DNA of 64,000 bases from NCBI GenBank assembly GCA_051313645.2, contig JBNRSN020000002.1:554776001-554840000 (forward strand), written 5' to 3'. How positions within the stretch are numbered: the stretch's first letter is position 1; every line of letters starts with the position of its first letter. This document shows, one piece after another, positions 48,320-62,208 of this stretch. This DNA comes from Centroscyllium fabricii (taxonomy: Eukaryota). A model generated the notes under the pieces. The model saw only the letters and a program-made list of their open reading frames with translations, did not search any database and was not told the origin of the DNA. The translations under genes and the position numbers were made by a program.

Positions 48320-49110
48320 TAGCCGTGTCTCAGTGGGTCGCACTCTCTCGCCTCTGAGTGAGAAGGCTGCGGGTTCAAGTCTTGCTCATGGGGCTTGAGC
48401 ACATAAATCTAGGCTGACGCTCCCAGTGCAGTACCGAGGGAGCGCCGCACTGTCAGAGGTGCTGTCTTTCGGATGAGACGTTAAACCGAGGCCCCGTCTG
48501 CTCTCTCAGGTGGGTATAAATGATCCCATGGCCACGATTTCGAAGAAGGGCGGCACGGTGGATTAGTGGTTAGCACTGTTGCCTCACAGCGCTAGAAGCC
48601 CGGGTTCAAATCCAGCCTCGGGTGACTGTCTGTGTGGAGTTTGCACATTCTCCCTGTGTCTGCGTGGGTTTCCTCCGGGTGCTCCGGTTTCCTCCCACAG
48701 TCCAAAGATGTGCGGGTTAGGTTGATTGGCCAGGATAAATTGACCCTTAGTGTTAGGGCGATTAAATATGTGGGGTTACGGGGATAGGGTGGGATATGTG
48801 TCGGTGCAGGCTCGATGGGCCGAAATGGCTTCTATCTGCACTGTAGGGATTCTATGATTCTATGATTCTAAGAGCAGGGAAGTTATCCCCGGTGTCCTGG
48901 CCATTATTTATCCCTCAACCAACATAACAATAAAACAGATTATCTGCTCATTATCACATTGCTGTTTATGGGAACTTGCTGAGCGCAAATTAGCTGCCGT
49001 GTTTCCTACATTACAACAGTGACTACACTTCAAAAGTACTTCATTGGCTGTAAAGCGCTTTAGGACATCCAGCGGTCGTGAAAGGCGCTATATAAATGCA
49101 AGTCTGTCTT
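48320..49110 (+). mobile_element. SacSINE1-like SINE with a nested HE1-like SINE (48549-48870)
   Basis: Two distinct tRNA-like heads; the outer SINE resumes after an (ATTCTATG)n tail. Confidence 0.8.
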
Positions 49111-49372
49111 TCTTTTTGAAATCGAACAGAATGGCAGAAAGATGAGATTATGATGGTACAACTAAAAGGGGAAGGGCTTGCATCCATCTGTTGTCAGGGG
49201 TTTTGATCTTTTGTATTATAAAAGGCTGTCTTTAGAAACAGAGGGTTGCAACTTGCCAGGGAACGGCGGACAGATTTGATCACCTGTACAGATTGAAACA
49301 GACGCCTCCACATGATCACCGGGGTGAGCGGGGTTTGAAATTAAAGGGTTAAAGGGAACGATGTATGTTAGT

Positions 49373-49747
49373 ATAGAAACATAGAAGATAGGAGTAGGAG
49401 TCGGCCATTCGGCCCTTCGAGCCTGGTCCGCCATTCAATGAGATCATGGCTGACCATCCAAACCCAGCACCCCATCCCTGCCTTGTCTCCATATCCCTCG
49501 ATCGCTATCGAGCCTGCACCGACACATATCCCACCCTATCCCCACACATTCAATCCCCCTAACACTAAGGGTCAATTTATCATGGCCAATCAACCTAACC
49601 CGCACATCTTTGGACTGTGGGAGAAAACCCACGCAGACACGGGGAGAATGTGCAAACTCCACACAGATAGTACCCGAGGCTGGATTTGAACCCGGGTCTC
49701 CAGTGCTGTAAGGCAACAGTGCTAACCACTATGCCACCGTGTCGCCC
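49373..49747 (-). mobile_element. HE1-like SINE
   Basis: Homologous to 60858-61295. Confidence 0.8.
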
Positions 49748-50730
49748 TTGGAGTTATAAGGGAACAGTGCATTAATGCTTGTATGTTATTCGTAGTACAA
49801 TAATTAGTTAAAAGCAGACTGAGTTGTACTGAGTTTGTGAACCTTGACTGTTTTCCTCCACCCGGAAGGGGTTCAAGTCGGATTCTGAAATTATAAGATG
49901 GGAGGTGCGGGTTCACCTACCTACAAGGCTCAATATTAACCCCTTCCCCCCCCCCCCCCCCTTACCCCCCACCACGATGGGCGGGAGAGGATACGGTTGA
50001 GTCGGGGGTTAAAATTGAAAAGACGGGGAACGCGACCCCAACCTGCCATATACGCGCCTATCGTCACTTTCACGGTGGCGAGTGTCCTGCCGTGGATGGG
50101 CGGGGCACTTCATTAACATATTTAAATTGGGCTCCCACGCTGCAATTGGGAGCTTGATTTAAATGTAACCATTGCCACATGGGTTTCCCAGGGGTCGGAA
50201 AGCCCGGCAGTGGAAGGGAGGTGCCGAGCTGCCGGCTCCATAAGGTGAGAGCCTGCTTCAGCTCCTCCTCGTGGGCCAGGTGGAACAGGCGTGCTCTCCC
50301 TGGCCCCTCACGGAAGCCTTCAGCCTCCCATCTGCCAGTCATGGCTCACCTTCCCTCCTGCCACGATTGCAGACCTCTCCCTCTTCCCCCCCGCCGACCC
50401 AAGCACCGATCTTGGGGCTTCCCCCTTCCCAATTGCCTCTCTTCCCCTCCCTCCAAGCCCCAATCTCCTGCCCTTCCCCTCCTGATTGTCTCTCCTCCTC
50501 CAATGATAGTCTTAGTAATGGCGACCATGATACCATTGTCAATTGTTGCAAAAACCCATCTGGTTCACTAATGTCCTTTAGGGAAGGAAATCTTCCGCCC
50601 TTACCTGGTCTGGCCTACATTTGACTCCAGACCCACAGCAATGTGGTTGACTTTTAATGCCCTCTGAAATGGCCCAGCAAGCCACTCAGTTGTAAACAAC
50701 TGCTATGAAAAACAATAAGATGGACTGCAG

Positions 50731-51037
50731 TGTAATGATATCAGCAAACAGTGATCATGTTTGCTTGTTTGACTATCTATGCGTTGCTAACAGAAGCATC
50801 ATAGTTGCCTGTTTGATTATCCATGCCTGGCCAGCAGAGGTCATGTGACAAGAAGCCAGTGCTGTCGTAGTTAGTTTTGGTTTCAGTTTAAGTTGGATCT
50901 CTAAGCTGGAGACTCTGTACAGCCTGTGTAAAAGCCTCATGTTAAAGCTGTAAGTTACTTGTATATACTTTAGATTAAACAACATTCTCCATCATGTTTG
51001 TGTAGTCTTGGATCCCACACAAATACAAAATGAAACA
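50731..51037 (+). mobile_element. Solo LTR inside a SINE
   Basis: TG...CA termini with 5-bp duplication TGCAG. Confidence 0.72.
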
Positions 51038-51485
51038 TGCAGTGGTTCAAGAAGGCGGTTCACCACCATCTTCTCAAGTGCAATTAGGGATGGGCACTAA
51101 ATGCAGGCCCAGCCAGCCAGCGACGCCCACATTCCATCAATGGATAAAAAAAAGCCCCGATCTCCAGACCTCCTCCTTCCTGATTGCTTCTCTGTCTTCT
51201 CCTCCCCCTCAAGCCTCGATCTTTGGCCTTCCCCCCTCCCTATTGCCACAGACCATCCCCACGGGTCCCTGGCTGCGGCCTCCTACCGCTGGTTTTAAGA
51301 ACATAAGAAATAGGAGCAGGAGTAGGCCAATCGGCCCCTCGAGTCTGCTCCGCCATTAACAGTATCATGGCTGATCTGATCCTAACCTCAATTTTAATTT
51401 TACTCTCCATCCCGCCCAAACCCATGTGATCACCCGGGATGGGCGAAAACCAGACTGTCAATTTGGCCGGCGGCCAGGTGGGAAA

Positions 51486-51699
51486 TGTTATGTCCGTACT
51501 ATATTATGGTATGATAATAAAGACTCGACTCCAGAGCTAATACAAGCAGGTATTTACTAATCGATAACAGAGCATGGAACTAAAGTAAATCACTCCACTC
51601 AGACCCTTATATACACCGGAGGTCAGAAGTGGTACTGCAGTATCATTACGCTTTACAAAATAGTGCATGTTAACCGGAACACTATATACATACACAACA
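51486..51699 (-). mobile_element. Short solo LTR
   Basis: TGTT...AACA termini with 5-bp duplication GGAAA; TATATAA on minus. Confidence 0.72.
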
Positions 51700-52499
51700 G
51701 GAAACAATAAAAACAAGATAATGAGGCCCGGCCGTTAAGTTCAGCAGGAAAATGCAACAATGCAATCTGTGTTACTTCATAAAGTCATTTGTGTCTCTTG
51801 TGCAAGGCATCACCATCATTAATAGTTTTTCCAGGATATCTAAGAATAGTCACAGACTCCTTTAACCTCATCTAAATGCATTATCTTCAATATAATCCAC
51901 CTACCATCTGCTCCCATTAATTATAATTGCACGAGTCATTAAAACAGCTGATTCCTCTTCAGTGGGACTGGAGGTTTCTATGGAAACAGCAGCAACCTGA
52001 GGAAAATGGCCGCCCTCTGCTGCATTTCTCTTTGTGAATGAAGAAAAATTACATGTAAAATTATCTGAGCTGCAATAATCAGACAGCATTAAATTTCATC
52101 AAATGTTTTACATGGAATGTTCAGCCCAAGCAGTGCAACAGCAATTCTAGTAATATTTTTGAAACAAGTTCAGAGTGGCTCCATTGCACAAAAACGAATT
52201 AAATAGCAATGAGCAACAATGGAAAATTAATTGGAGAGGAGGGCGTCGCAGGCAAGGCCAGCATTTATTGCCCATCCCTACTCGCCCTCGAGAAGGTGGT
52301 GGTGAGCCGCCTTCTTGAACCGCTGCAGTCCGTCTGGTGAAGATACTCCCACAGTGCTGTTAGGGAGGGAGTTTCAGGATTTTAACCCAGCGATGGTGAA
52401 GGAACGGCCGATATATTCCCAAGTCAGGATGGTGTGTGACTTGGAGGGGAACTTGGAGGTGGTGGTGTTCCCGTGCGCCTGCTGCCCTTGGCCTTCTAG

Positions 52500-53925
52500 G
52501 TGTCTTCAACCTGTCACTGGCGAAGGCAGCTGTCCCTACCTGCTTCAAGACCGCCACCATCATCCCTGTGCCCAAGAAAACGGCCGTGACGTGCCTGAAC
52601 GACTACCGCCCTGTCGCACTTACACCCATTATCATGAAGTGTTTCGAGCGACTGGTCCTGGCCCACATCAAAGCCAGCATCCCCGCCGCCCTGGACCAAT
52701 ACCAGTTCGCCTACCGTGGGAACAGATCTACAGAAGATGCTATCACTACGGCTCTTCACTCTGCACTAAACCACCTGGATAGCAAAGATACGTATCAGAA
52801 TGCTGTTTATTGACTACAGCTCAGCATTCAACACCATCGTCCCCAGCAAATTGTCTAACAAACTCCTCACCCTCGGCCTGAACACCTCCCTGTGCAACTG
52901 GACCCTGGACTTCCTAACCAACAGACCACAGTCTGTGAAGTTAGACAACCTCACCTCCCCCCCACTTACCCTGAACACAGGGGCCCCACAAGGCTGTGTG
53001 CTGAGCCCCCTCCTCTACTCCCTCTTCACTCACGACTGTGCGGCTGTCCATGGCTCCAACATGATCATCAAGTTTGCGGATGACACCACGGTGGTTGGCC
53101 AGATCACCAACAATGACGAGTCAGCCTACAGGGATGAGATCCAGCACCTTGTGGGATGGTGTGCCGACAACAACCTGGCACTGAACACCAAGAAAACTAA
53201 GGAGATCAGAGTGGACTTCCGGAGGACTGGAAGCAGAAGACACACCCCCATCTTCATCCAAGGGGCTGAGGTGGAAAGGGTGTCCAGCTTCAAGTTCCTC
53301 GGGGTCCACATCTCGGAAGACCTCTCCTGGTCACTAAACACCTCCTCTCTGGTTAAGAAGGCCCAACAGCGCCTGTACTTCCTAAGGAAGCTGAAGAAAG
53401 CCAGGCTGTCATCCGGCATCCTCTCCAACTTCTACCGCTGCACAATCGAAAGCATACTGACAAGCTGCATCACAGTCTGGTATGGAAATTGCACCATCTC
53501 AGACCGGAAGACCCTGCAGCGGGTAGTCAAAACTGCCCAATGAATCACCAGTACCCAGCTACCGTCAATGGAAAGCATCTACCTCAAACGCTGCCTACGG
53601 AGGTCTCTGAACATTATTAAAGACCCCACACACCCCAGCCACAGTCTGTTCGCCCCCCTGCCCTCCGGGAGACGCTACAGATCAATTCGCACCCGCACGA
53701 CTAGATTTAAGGACAGCTTCTTCCCCAGGGCTGTCAGCCTCCTGAACTCTAAAAATAAACTCCGGTACCTGCACACCTGAAAATGTACTTTACTGTATGC
53801 ATTTGCATGTAATTTATTTACACTACTCTCGGGAGCGTCGAGTCTTCGTCTCGTTGTATTGTACTAGTACTCTGCAATGACAATAAAACTTAAATTGAAT
53901 TGAATTGAATTGAATTGAATTGAAG
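52500..53925 (+). mobile_element. 5'-truncated Rex1/Babar LINE (RT), decayed
   Basis: [62 protein letters not shown]; AATAAA plus (TTGAA)n tail. Confidence 0.92.
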
Positions 53926-54017
53926 TTAGAAGTCACGGGTTTGGGAAGTGCTGCCGAAGAAGCCTTGGCGAGTTGCTGCAGTGCATCTTGCAGATGGTAC
54001 ACACTGCAGCCACGGTA

Positions 54018-54428
54018 CATAGAAACATAGAAACATAGAAGATAGGAGCAGGAGTCGGCCATTCGGCCCTTCGAGCCTGCTCCGCCATTCAATGAGATCA
54101 TGGCTGATCGTCCACAACCCAGTACCCTGCCCCTGCCCTCTCCCCATATCCCTCGATCCCTATCGAGCCTGCACCGACACATATCCCACCCCATCCCCGT
54201 AACCCCACATGTTCAATCCCCTAACACTAAGGGTCAATTTATCCTGGCCAATCAACCTAACCCGCACATCTTTGGACTGTGGGAGGAAACCGGAGCACCC
54301 GGAGGAAACCCACGCAGACACGGGGAGAATGTGCAAACTCCACACAGATAGTACCCGAGGCTGGATTTGAACCCAGGTCTCCAGTGCTGTGAGACAACAG
54401 TGCTAACCGCTATGCCACCGTGCTGCCC
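54018..54428 (-). mobile_element. HE1-like SINE
   Basis: Full head, core and (CATAGAAA)n tail. Confidence 0.82.
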
Positions 54429-54480
54429 GCCGGTGGTGGAGGGAGTGAATGTTTAAGGTGGTGGATGAGTGTAACAAAAA

Positions 54481-55140
54481 TAGAAATTTCTGCTAGCTTC
54501 GCCTAACGGCCCGAAAATATTAGCATCCCTGCAGCCTAAATTAATCAGTAGCGCCCCAAGAGGGAAATGAGATGCTACTGGATGCGCCCCACCTCCCTCT
54601 TGGGGCGCTGCAAGAGAATATCATGGCGCTACATGCTACAGCGCCACGCTCTGCGGCACATCGCGCTACGGTACTGCAGGCCGTCCTCCCCTTATTAAAG
54701 GGGAGGAGCCTTGCTCAGCGCGACCCAGCTGGGCCCCCGGGGGATCGGGAGTGCCGGCAAAAGAGACCGGCACTCAAGAGAAGTACCGGGCTCATGGAGC
54801 GCAGCCGGCACTCAGCGAGAGGGCTGGTCAGGAGGGCGGGGACGGCAACGGGGGCAGGTGCTGGCAAACAGCCAGCAACAAAAATGGCCGCCCGGCACCT
54901 CGCCTTTAATTAGCGCCGCAGGTAGGCCCCCCTGACCCTGTCGGACATAGCGTCTGGTGGTAAATCAGGGGGCGCTACCGAAGATTGCGGCATGGTGATT
55001 ACGTCATCGCTGATGGCGCAGCGCCACGGGGCGCTAATGGTTACCGCCGCCACTAACCTGTCGTTGAATTTCATGGGAGGTGTTGGCAGCGCCGCGCCCG
55101 GGCCCTAACAGGAGGCGCAAAGCAACCGAATATTTAGGCC
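54481..55140. mobile_element. GC-rich Harbinger-type MITE related to 11902-12624, degraded ends
   Basis: Shares TTAAAGGGGAGG..CCT, CAAAAATGGCCGCC and GCGCTA motifs. Confidence 0.55.
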
Positions 55141-55371
55141 TAAGGGACTCAAGGAATATGGGGATAGTGCGGGAAGGTGGAGTTGAGGTAGAAGATCAAC
55201 CATGATCTTGTTGAATGGAGCAGGCATGAAGGGCCGAATTACCTACTCCTGCTCCTATTTCTTATGTTCTTATCAGTAGGATAAATCCCACTGCTGATCC
55301 ACAATGAAAAAATAGATTACCATAAATCATAAGTCTGCAAATCTCTTTGAAGTCCATAATAAATAGTCATT

Positions 55372-56872
55372 GGGGGGGATTTTCCGCGGGCTGTGAGGGC
55401 ACCTTTCCGGCGGGGTGGGGCTTAAAATCCCGAAACCGGGGGGTCCCGACCAATCCCTCCGGATCCCCGCCGCTTTGCAGTTTTCAGCCGGCATGTCTAG
55501 CCGGCCCGAATCTTTCCCACCCGCCACCGACGGGGTTGGTTGTTGGGCTCATTAGGGGTCCTTAATTATCATGGGTAATCCTATTTTAAGGGCCCCACGC
55601 GATTTTGAAGCCCTTCCCACCCATAACCCGCCATCCTGAAACCCCGCCGGTGAAACCTAGTGGGATCACAGTCAACTTGGTCACTTTCACCTTAAAGACA
55701 TTGAAGGACCTGTAGCAGAATGCCTTCCAGGCCTTCAACACCCTGGAGGTGTAAATCACTCCCTTGTCTGAAGAGCGGCTGTGGAAAAAACCTTCCAGAA
55801 ACTTATGCGCTGTTTCCATAGAAACTAACAACACAGGCCGCGAAATTGGCGCCTTAGCGCCGGCTCATTAGTGCTGAAAATCAGCGCTAATGGACCAGCG
55901 TCAACGTAGCGCTAAATTGGCCTAGTGACAATGTGTGTGCAACGCACGCCCGGCGGGCTGTGCCCGATATTGGGCTTAGCGCCTTTCCACCGCCCCCCGC
56001 GCTATCAGCGCCAGCTTTTGCAAGTGCTGCAGCGGGTTTGAGTGGCCGCTGCAGCGCTGCTAAAAGGGCCACCCTCCCTCTTCGGCCCGAGATCGCCCAC
56101 TTGCTGAGAGAGCGGGGGAGGCGTCCCAATGGGCCAGTTGATCGGAGAGCAGGGAGGGGGGGAGGAGATCGGCTGCTGATCGGAGAGCGGGGAGGGGGGG
56201 AAGGAGATCGGCTGCTGATCGGAGAGCGGGGAGGGGGGGAAGGAGATCGGCTGCTGATCGGAGAGCGGGGAGGGGGGAAGGATGGCCGCGGCTGCCGATC
56301 GGAGAGCGGGGCGGGGAGAGTGATGGCCGCGGCTGCCGATGATCCGCGGGCGGCAGATGATTAGAGAGCGGGGAGGGAAAGATGCTGCTCTGCTTCCCCT
56401 TTAAGGCCTAATTGGCTGCAAAGGCCATGGGGAAGCAAGCAGTTAGTGAGGGAGCGCTGCGCCCGGGAACAGCCATTAGCGGCAAAATATTGGCCATCTG
56501 GAAGCCGTGCAAGACGTGAATTAGCGCCGAATTCTGCAATGGTGGCGCTAACGCCAATATCAGCCACCTCGGCGCTAATTTAACGCCGGTGCTAAATTTT
56601 AGCACATCGCCAAATTTAGCGCCCAATCCGTGCGCTCACGATTTTCGCGCCCACACAGTCCTTACCCCTGTCAATCAAACCTTCGGCTGTCATCTGCAGC
56701 CCCGCCGTTTTCTGACTGGAATCAGTCAATTGGCAGGGGCTCTGACACGCGGGCAACTAATTGGCCAATTAAGCCCAAATTGCGTGGGGCTCCCAGGCCC
56801 TTGAACATTCGTGTCAGAAACCTGATCCTCCCAAAACCCGCCAGGTTCCCACACCTTTGCGACAATCCCCCC
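55372..56872. mobile_element. Harbinger-type MITE carrying a nested MITE
   Basis: GGGGGGATTTTC...ACAATCCCCCC termini. Confidence 0.65.
55836..56652. mobile_element. Harbinger MITE of the 13390-18393 family
   Basis: GGCCGCGAAATTGGCGCCTTAGCGCCG...GATTTTCGCGCCC with ACA duplication; internal tandem GATCGG-containing repeats. Confidence 0.85.
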
Positions 56873-58086
56873 AAAGTGCTTCATACATTTATAGCAAGAT
56901 GTCTTCTACAATGGTTCAAGTAAAGAAATACAGATACAACATCCTGTAGGCCCTGATAATGTCTTTATGTGGGTATTTAAACTTGAGATCAATATTGTTA
57001 TTTTACTGAGGTCTAAACCTAATTCTTTAGAGCACAAAACAGCCGATAATCAAGGCCAGAGATTTGTAGTTTTCATGGCAAATTGGATGAAATTGTGGCA
57101 CACTTGCATTTAATGAACCATCACATTAGTTCACAAGTGGTGCGGGTTTTCACCTAAATTACGAATTTATTTGCAAGCATTTCGACTTAGAAATTCTGAA
57201 CCTTGATACCTAATACCTTTTAAGATATTGGTGAACAAGATGATGCATGAGGCTGGCCTTGGATTTAACCGTTGAGCAGATTAAACTGATCTGTATCTCG
57301 GGATAATTTAAAGAGCAAATGGCTTCAGCAAAGACTGCTCCCTTATTGGCTGGTTAAAGCTTAACAGCAATGTCATCCGAAGGTGAACTGAATTAAGACT
57401 CTGGACACAACAGAACACAATTCTGACTCCAGATTAATTAAACATTATTCAAATACGCTGTTCTTTATCAAAGGCCAGAACAGAGGTTTTCAGGGGTCTG
57501 TTCCCCCCTCCCCTACAAATTATTACTCTGTCCCAGGGATCATCTACAAATTATTAAGAAAGAAAGACTTGCATTTCTATAGCGCCTTTCACGACCACCA
57601 AAAGTCTCAACATGCTTTACAGCCAATGAAGTATTGTCTCTGCTATATTGTGGGAAATGCGGCAGCCAATTTGTGCACAGCAAGCTTCTACAAGCAGCAA
57701 TGTGATAATGACCAGATCATCTGTTTTTGTTGGTTGAGGGATAAATATTGGCCCCAGGACACTGGGGATAACTCCCCCTGCTCTTCTTCGAAATAGTGCC
57801 CTGGGATCTTTTACGTCCACCTGAGAGAGCAGACGGGGCCTCGGTTTAACATCATTTCTGGGCCAATATCATTTTTGTACTGCGGCCACCAGAACAGCTT
57901 CAAGTGTGGTTGGACCAAAAATTTTATAAAGGGGCAGAATTACCTCACTATTTCGGCTCAATATTGACTTTTTAATACTTCCCAACTTCTGATTTGCTTT
58001 ACTCACTGTCACTAAGCATTGTAACGATAACTTTAACTTATTATCAATCTGGACCCCTCCGGTCTCATTCATTTTCCATACACATT

Positions 58087-58845
58087 GGCCCAGAAATTGC
58101 AGTGGAGCCTTCGTGCGGGTGCAGAACCTGCTTAACGCACTTTAATTGCCCATATTCAGTTTTGCTTTTTTGCACTGAGAAATTCCCGTTAGCCCAGCCT
58201 GTCAGAGCTCCATGCGAGTTTCATGGGCATCTGAAGGGCGTAATTAGTGCGAAGTGGCTTTTGAGACCACGTGATTGGCAGGGAGCCAATCAGTGGAAGC
58301 AATTCTCCGTTCAAAACTTCCACAGAGAAATCTGTGCGAGTTTTGAATGGAGAGATTGTCAAAAGACATCTGAACACAAAATAAAATTTTACAAACACCA
58401 CATTTTTTAAACATTACCCCAACTAACACAAATAATTATTTTAAAGAAAAAATAAAAATTTGCAGAATTTTTTTTTCACTTCCAACAGGTCTAAAAAAAT
58501 AATTACCTGTCTTTAAAGTTATCAACAATTAAAAACCTGAAAAAAACAACAATTAAAATCAATAAAATACACACTTACCAGATGAAAACGGGTGTTAACG
58601 ACTGCTTTTTTCCAGCATTGAATTTTCTTCTCTTGGTCCGTTGAAAAAGTTAAAAAAACATCGGGAAGTCTGGGCGCTGCCGTAGTTCGCTGCTTCCTGC
58701 GCTGAACCTCGCAGGAAGCAGCGACCCCCCCGCTGGGCGGCACAGGAAATCCCGAAGCGTGCGCACTGGCTGCTTCCTGCGGGTTTAAGCTCTGGTGCGC
58801 TTGCAGAGCTTAAACCCGATATGCGCTGACTGGAATTTCTGGGCC
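58087..58845. mobile_element. Harbinger-type MITE (family of 4200-4954)
   Basis: GGCCCAGAAATT...AATTTCTGGGCC TIR. Confidence 0.82.
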
Positions 58846-58887
58846 AGTAACTTTCCTTCCATTTAAGTCTGTTGCTGGATTTTTTGT

Positions 58888-59345
58888 CAGCCCTGGCTCA
58901 GTGGGTAGCATTCTCGCCTCTGAGTCAGAAGGTTGTGAGTTCAAGTCCTGCTCCAGTGACTTGAGCACAAAAACCAGACTGGCACTCCAGTGTAGTGCTG
59001 AGGGAGTGCTGCACTGTCGGAGGTGCCGTCTTTCGGATGAGACGTTAAACCGAGGCCCCCGTCTGCTCTCTCAAGTGGACGTAAAAAATTCCATGGCATG
59101 ATTTGGAAGAGAAGCAGGGGAGTTATCCCCGGTGTCCTGCCCAATAGTTACCCCTCAATCAACATCACTAAAAAAACAGATTATCTGACCATTATCACAT
59201 TGCTGATTGAGGGAGCTTGCTGTGCGCAAATTGGCTGCCGCTTTTCCTACATTACAACAGTGATTACACTCCAAAAGTACTTCATTGGCTGTAAAGTGCT
59301 TTGGGACATCCTAAAATTGTGAAAGGGGCTATATGAATGCAAGTC
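58888..59345 (+). mobile_element. Full-length SacSINE1-like tRNA SINE
   Basis: A-box TGGCTCAGTGGG, B-box GTTCAAGTCC, ATGCAAGT tail. Confidence 0.78.
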
Positions 59346-59470
59346 TTTCATTTATTTATGTGGAGCACTTTGCATTTCTGTACATTGAATTTCATCTGCC
59401 ACCTGTTTGCCCAACTCCCAAAGATATTCAAATCCTCCTCTAGCTCATCCTGCTCAGCTTTGGAGTCTAC

Positions 59471-60330
59471 GGGCAAGATTTTCCTGAAGGTGTGGGAAAT
59501 GGGTGGGATCCCCACTGATCACTCTATCTTCCTGCTTTCTGGAGGGTGTGGAATCCCCACGCAATTTTAGCTTAATTCGTGTGTGAAGATCCTAGAAATT
59601 GAAGTATTTTGCCCAGAAACTGGGCAGGCTTTGACCTGTGTGAGCAGCAGAGCCTATGATTGGCAGCTGTACTGATAGGCGTGGTGTTTCTCTTTCTGTG
59701 GTTTCAGGGCATTATGATGTCATAATGCTATGTCAACAGATGAAACCACAAATCTAGAGTGACAGCTTTAAGTGGGCTGTCTCTGTTTGTTTGTGGTTTC
59801 AGTGGAATGTAAACAGAAACTAATCCACTGGGTGATTGACACTTTGCTTCACAGATACAGCTCGCAGTGCGTTGTCTGTGAGTGAGTGGGACGCAGCTGT
59901 CAGATAAGTGATTTTAAGTTCTTTGGGCACTGAGGTTTGGTACCCTTGGGTGCCAGTTACACCTCTAGCATGGTGGAGGCTAGCAAGCCGCTGTGTGGCT
60001 ATTGTTTCCCATGCCTTGAAGGTGGCAGTCACCCAGCCGATTGGGTGCCCGCCAGCTTTCAATGGCGGTGTTCCCACCAGGTGGGTTCTGGGTGGGAAGA
60101 GGGTCAAAGTAGCCAGGGGCCCTTAAAATGGCATTACCGATGTCAATTAAGGGCCCCTAATGAGCCTAACGAGCATCCCCACTGATGCTGGGCGGGACTG
60201 AGGCGGGCCAACCGGGTGAAATTGACAAGAGGGCGGGAAGGCGGCGGGAGGGGTCGCGACCCCCATTTCTGCTATTTTCGCTGCAGTCCTGCCCAGAAAC
60301 CCGCCTCACAGCCTGAGGAATATCCTGCCC
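59471..60330. mobile_element. Harbinger-type MITE
   Basis: GGGCAAGATTTTCCT...AGGAATATCCTGCCC with TAC duplication. Confidence 0.78.
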
Positions 60331-60857
60331 TACCACCTTCATTAGCTTTGTACCATCTGCAAATTTAGCCACTGTGATTGGGTTTCCTCGCTGCAGATCA
60401 TTTACAAAGATATTACACTTACACACAAACAGAGACTAATCAACACTAATTATTATACTGTTTGTAACTGCAAGAACGTGTAGTAACCGATAAAAGGTTA
60501 CAGATGTATTGTGTGTATATATATATATATATATATACATATGTACAGGGGCATATCTGCCCATACATTGTATACCTGTATCTGTATCTGTTTCTATGCA
60601 TTTTAACTATGTATGTTATGTTTTATACTTTGGTAACATAGGGATGTATCCTGTCATGCCAATAAATATTTTAAATTGAAATTGAAATTGAAAATTGATA
60701 TTAAACAAAAGAGGTCCTAAAAGAGACCCCTGTGGGACTCGCTGGTAACATTCTCCCAGGCTGATGACAATCCTCGTTCCACTACTCTCTGGGTTCTCTC
60801 CATCAACAAATTATGTACCCATTTAAAAATATTTCCAGTGATTCCTGCTTTCTTTTT

Positions 60858-61295
60858 AGGGCGGCACAGTGGCATAGTGGTTAGCATGTTGCCTCACAGC
60901 GCTAGGGGCCCGGGTTCAAATCAAGCCTCGGGTACTATCTGTGTGGAGTTTGCACATTCTCCCCGTGTCTGCGTGGGTTTCCTCCGGGTGCTCCGGTTTC
61001 CTCCCACAGTCCAAAGATGTGCGGGTTAGGTTGATTGGCCATGATAAATTGACCCTTAGTGTTAGGGGGATTAAATATGTGGGGTTACGGCGATAGGGTG
61101 GGAATATGTGGGGTTACAGGGATAGGGTGGGATAAGTGTCGGTGCAGGCTCGATAGGGATCAAGGGATATGGGGAGAGGGCAGGGGCGGCGTACTGGGTT
61201 TCGATGATCAGCCATGATCTCATTGAATGGCGGAGCAGGCTCAAAGGGCCGAATGGCCTACTCCTGCTCCTATCTTCTATGTTTCTATGTTTTTA
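60858..61295 (+). mobile_element. Full-length HE1-like SINE
   Basis: GGCGGCACAGTGGCATAGTGGTTAGC head, GGGTTCAAATC B-box, CR1-type tail. Confidence 0.85.
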
Positions 61296-61459
61296 TGTAA
61301 CATCTCATGCGAAAGACGGCACCTCTGACAGTGCAGCATTCCCTCAGCACTGCACTGGATTGTCAGCCTAGATTTCTGTGCTCAAGTCTCTGGAGTGGGA
61401 CTTGAATCCACAACCATCTGACTCAGAGGTGAGTGTGCTACCCACTGAGTCACGGCTGA

Positions 61460-62208
61460 CACTGTCCCAGGGACCATCTACAAGTTATTACACTGTCCCA
61501 GCGACCCCAACAAATTATTACACTGGCCCAGCGACCCCAACAAATTATTACACTGGCCCAGCGACCCCAACAAATTATTACACTTTCCCAGGGACCATCT
61601 ACAAATTATTACACTGGCCCAGGGATAATCTACAAATTATTACACTTTCCCAGGGACCATCTACAAATTATTACACTTTCCCAGGGACCATCGACAAATT
61701 ATTACACTGGCCCAGGGATAATCTACAAATTATTACACTTTCCCAGGGACCATCTACAAATTATTAAACTGTCCCAGGGACCATCTACAAATTATTAAAC
61801 TGTCCCAGGGACCATCTACAAATTATTACACTGGCCCAGGGACCATCTACAAATGATTGCACTCTCCCAGTAACCCCCTACACATTATTAAACTGTCCCA
61901 GGGACCATCTACAAATGATTGCACTGGCCCAGGGACCATCTACAAATGATTAAACGGTCCCAGGGACCCCTTACACATTATTACATTGTCCCAGGGACCA
62001 TCTACAAATTATTACACTGTCCCAGGGACCCCCTACAAATGATGAAATTGTCCCAGGGATCATCTACAAATTATTACACAGTCCCAGGGAAAATCAACAA
62101 GTTATTATACTGTCCCAGGGTCCATCTATAAATTATTACTCTCTCCCAGGAACCCCCTACAACTATTACACTGTCCCAGGGACCATCTACAAATTATTAC
62201 ATTGTCCC
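61460..62208. repeat. 31-bp minisatellite (about 24 units)
   Basis: Unit ACACTGTCCCAGGGACCATCTACAAATTATT, head-to-tail, no spacers. Confidence 0.93.

Noticed and set aside
51901-52089. 62-aa ORF in unique sequence
   Set aside because: No recognisable motif or convincing splice pair; it may be conserved non-coding DNA but that cannot be shown here.
58888-58960. tRNA genes (here and at other SINE heads)
   Set aside because: A/B boxes run directly into multi-copy SINE bodies; no complete cloverleaf is evident.
61460-62208. Possible CRISPR array (31-bp palindromic repeats) and its ORFs
   Set aside because: Head-to-tail minisatellite without spacers; the ORFs are repeat artefacts.
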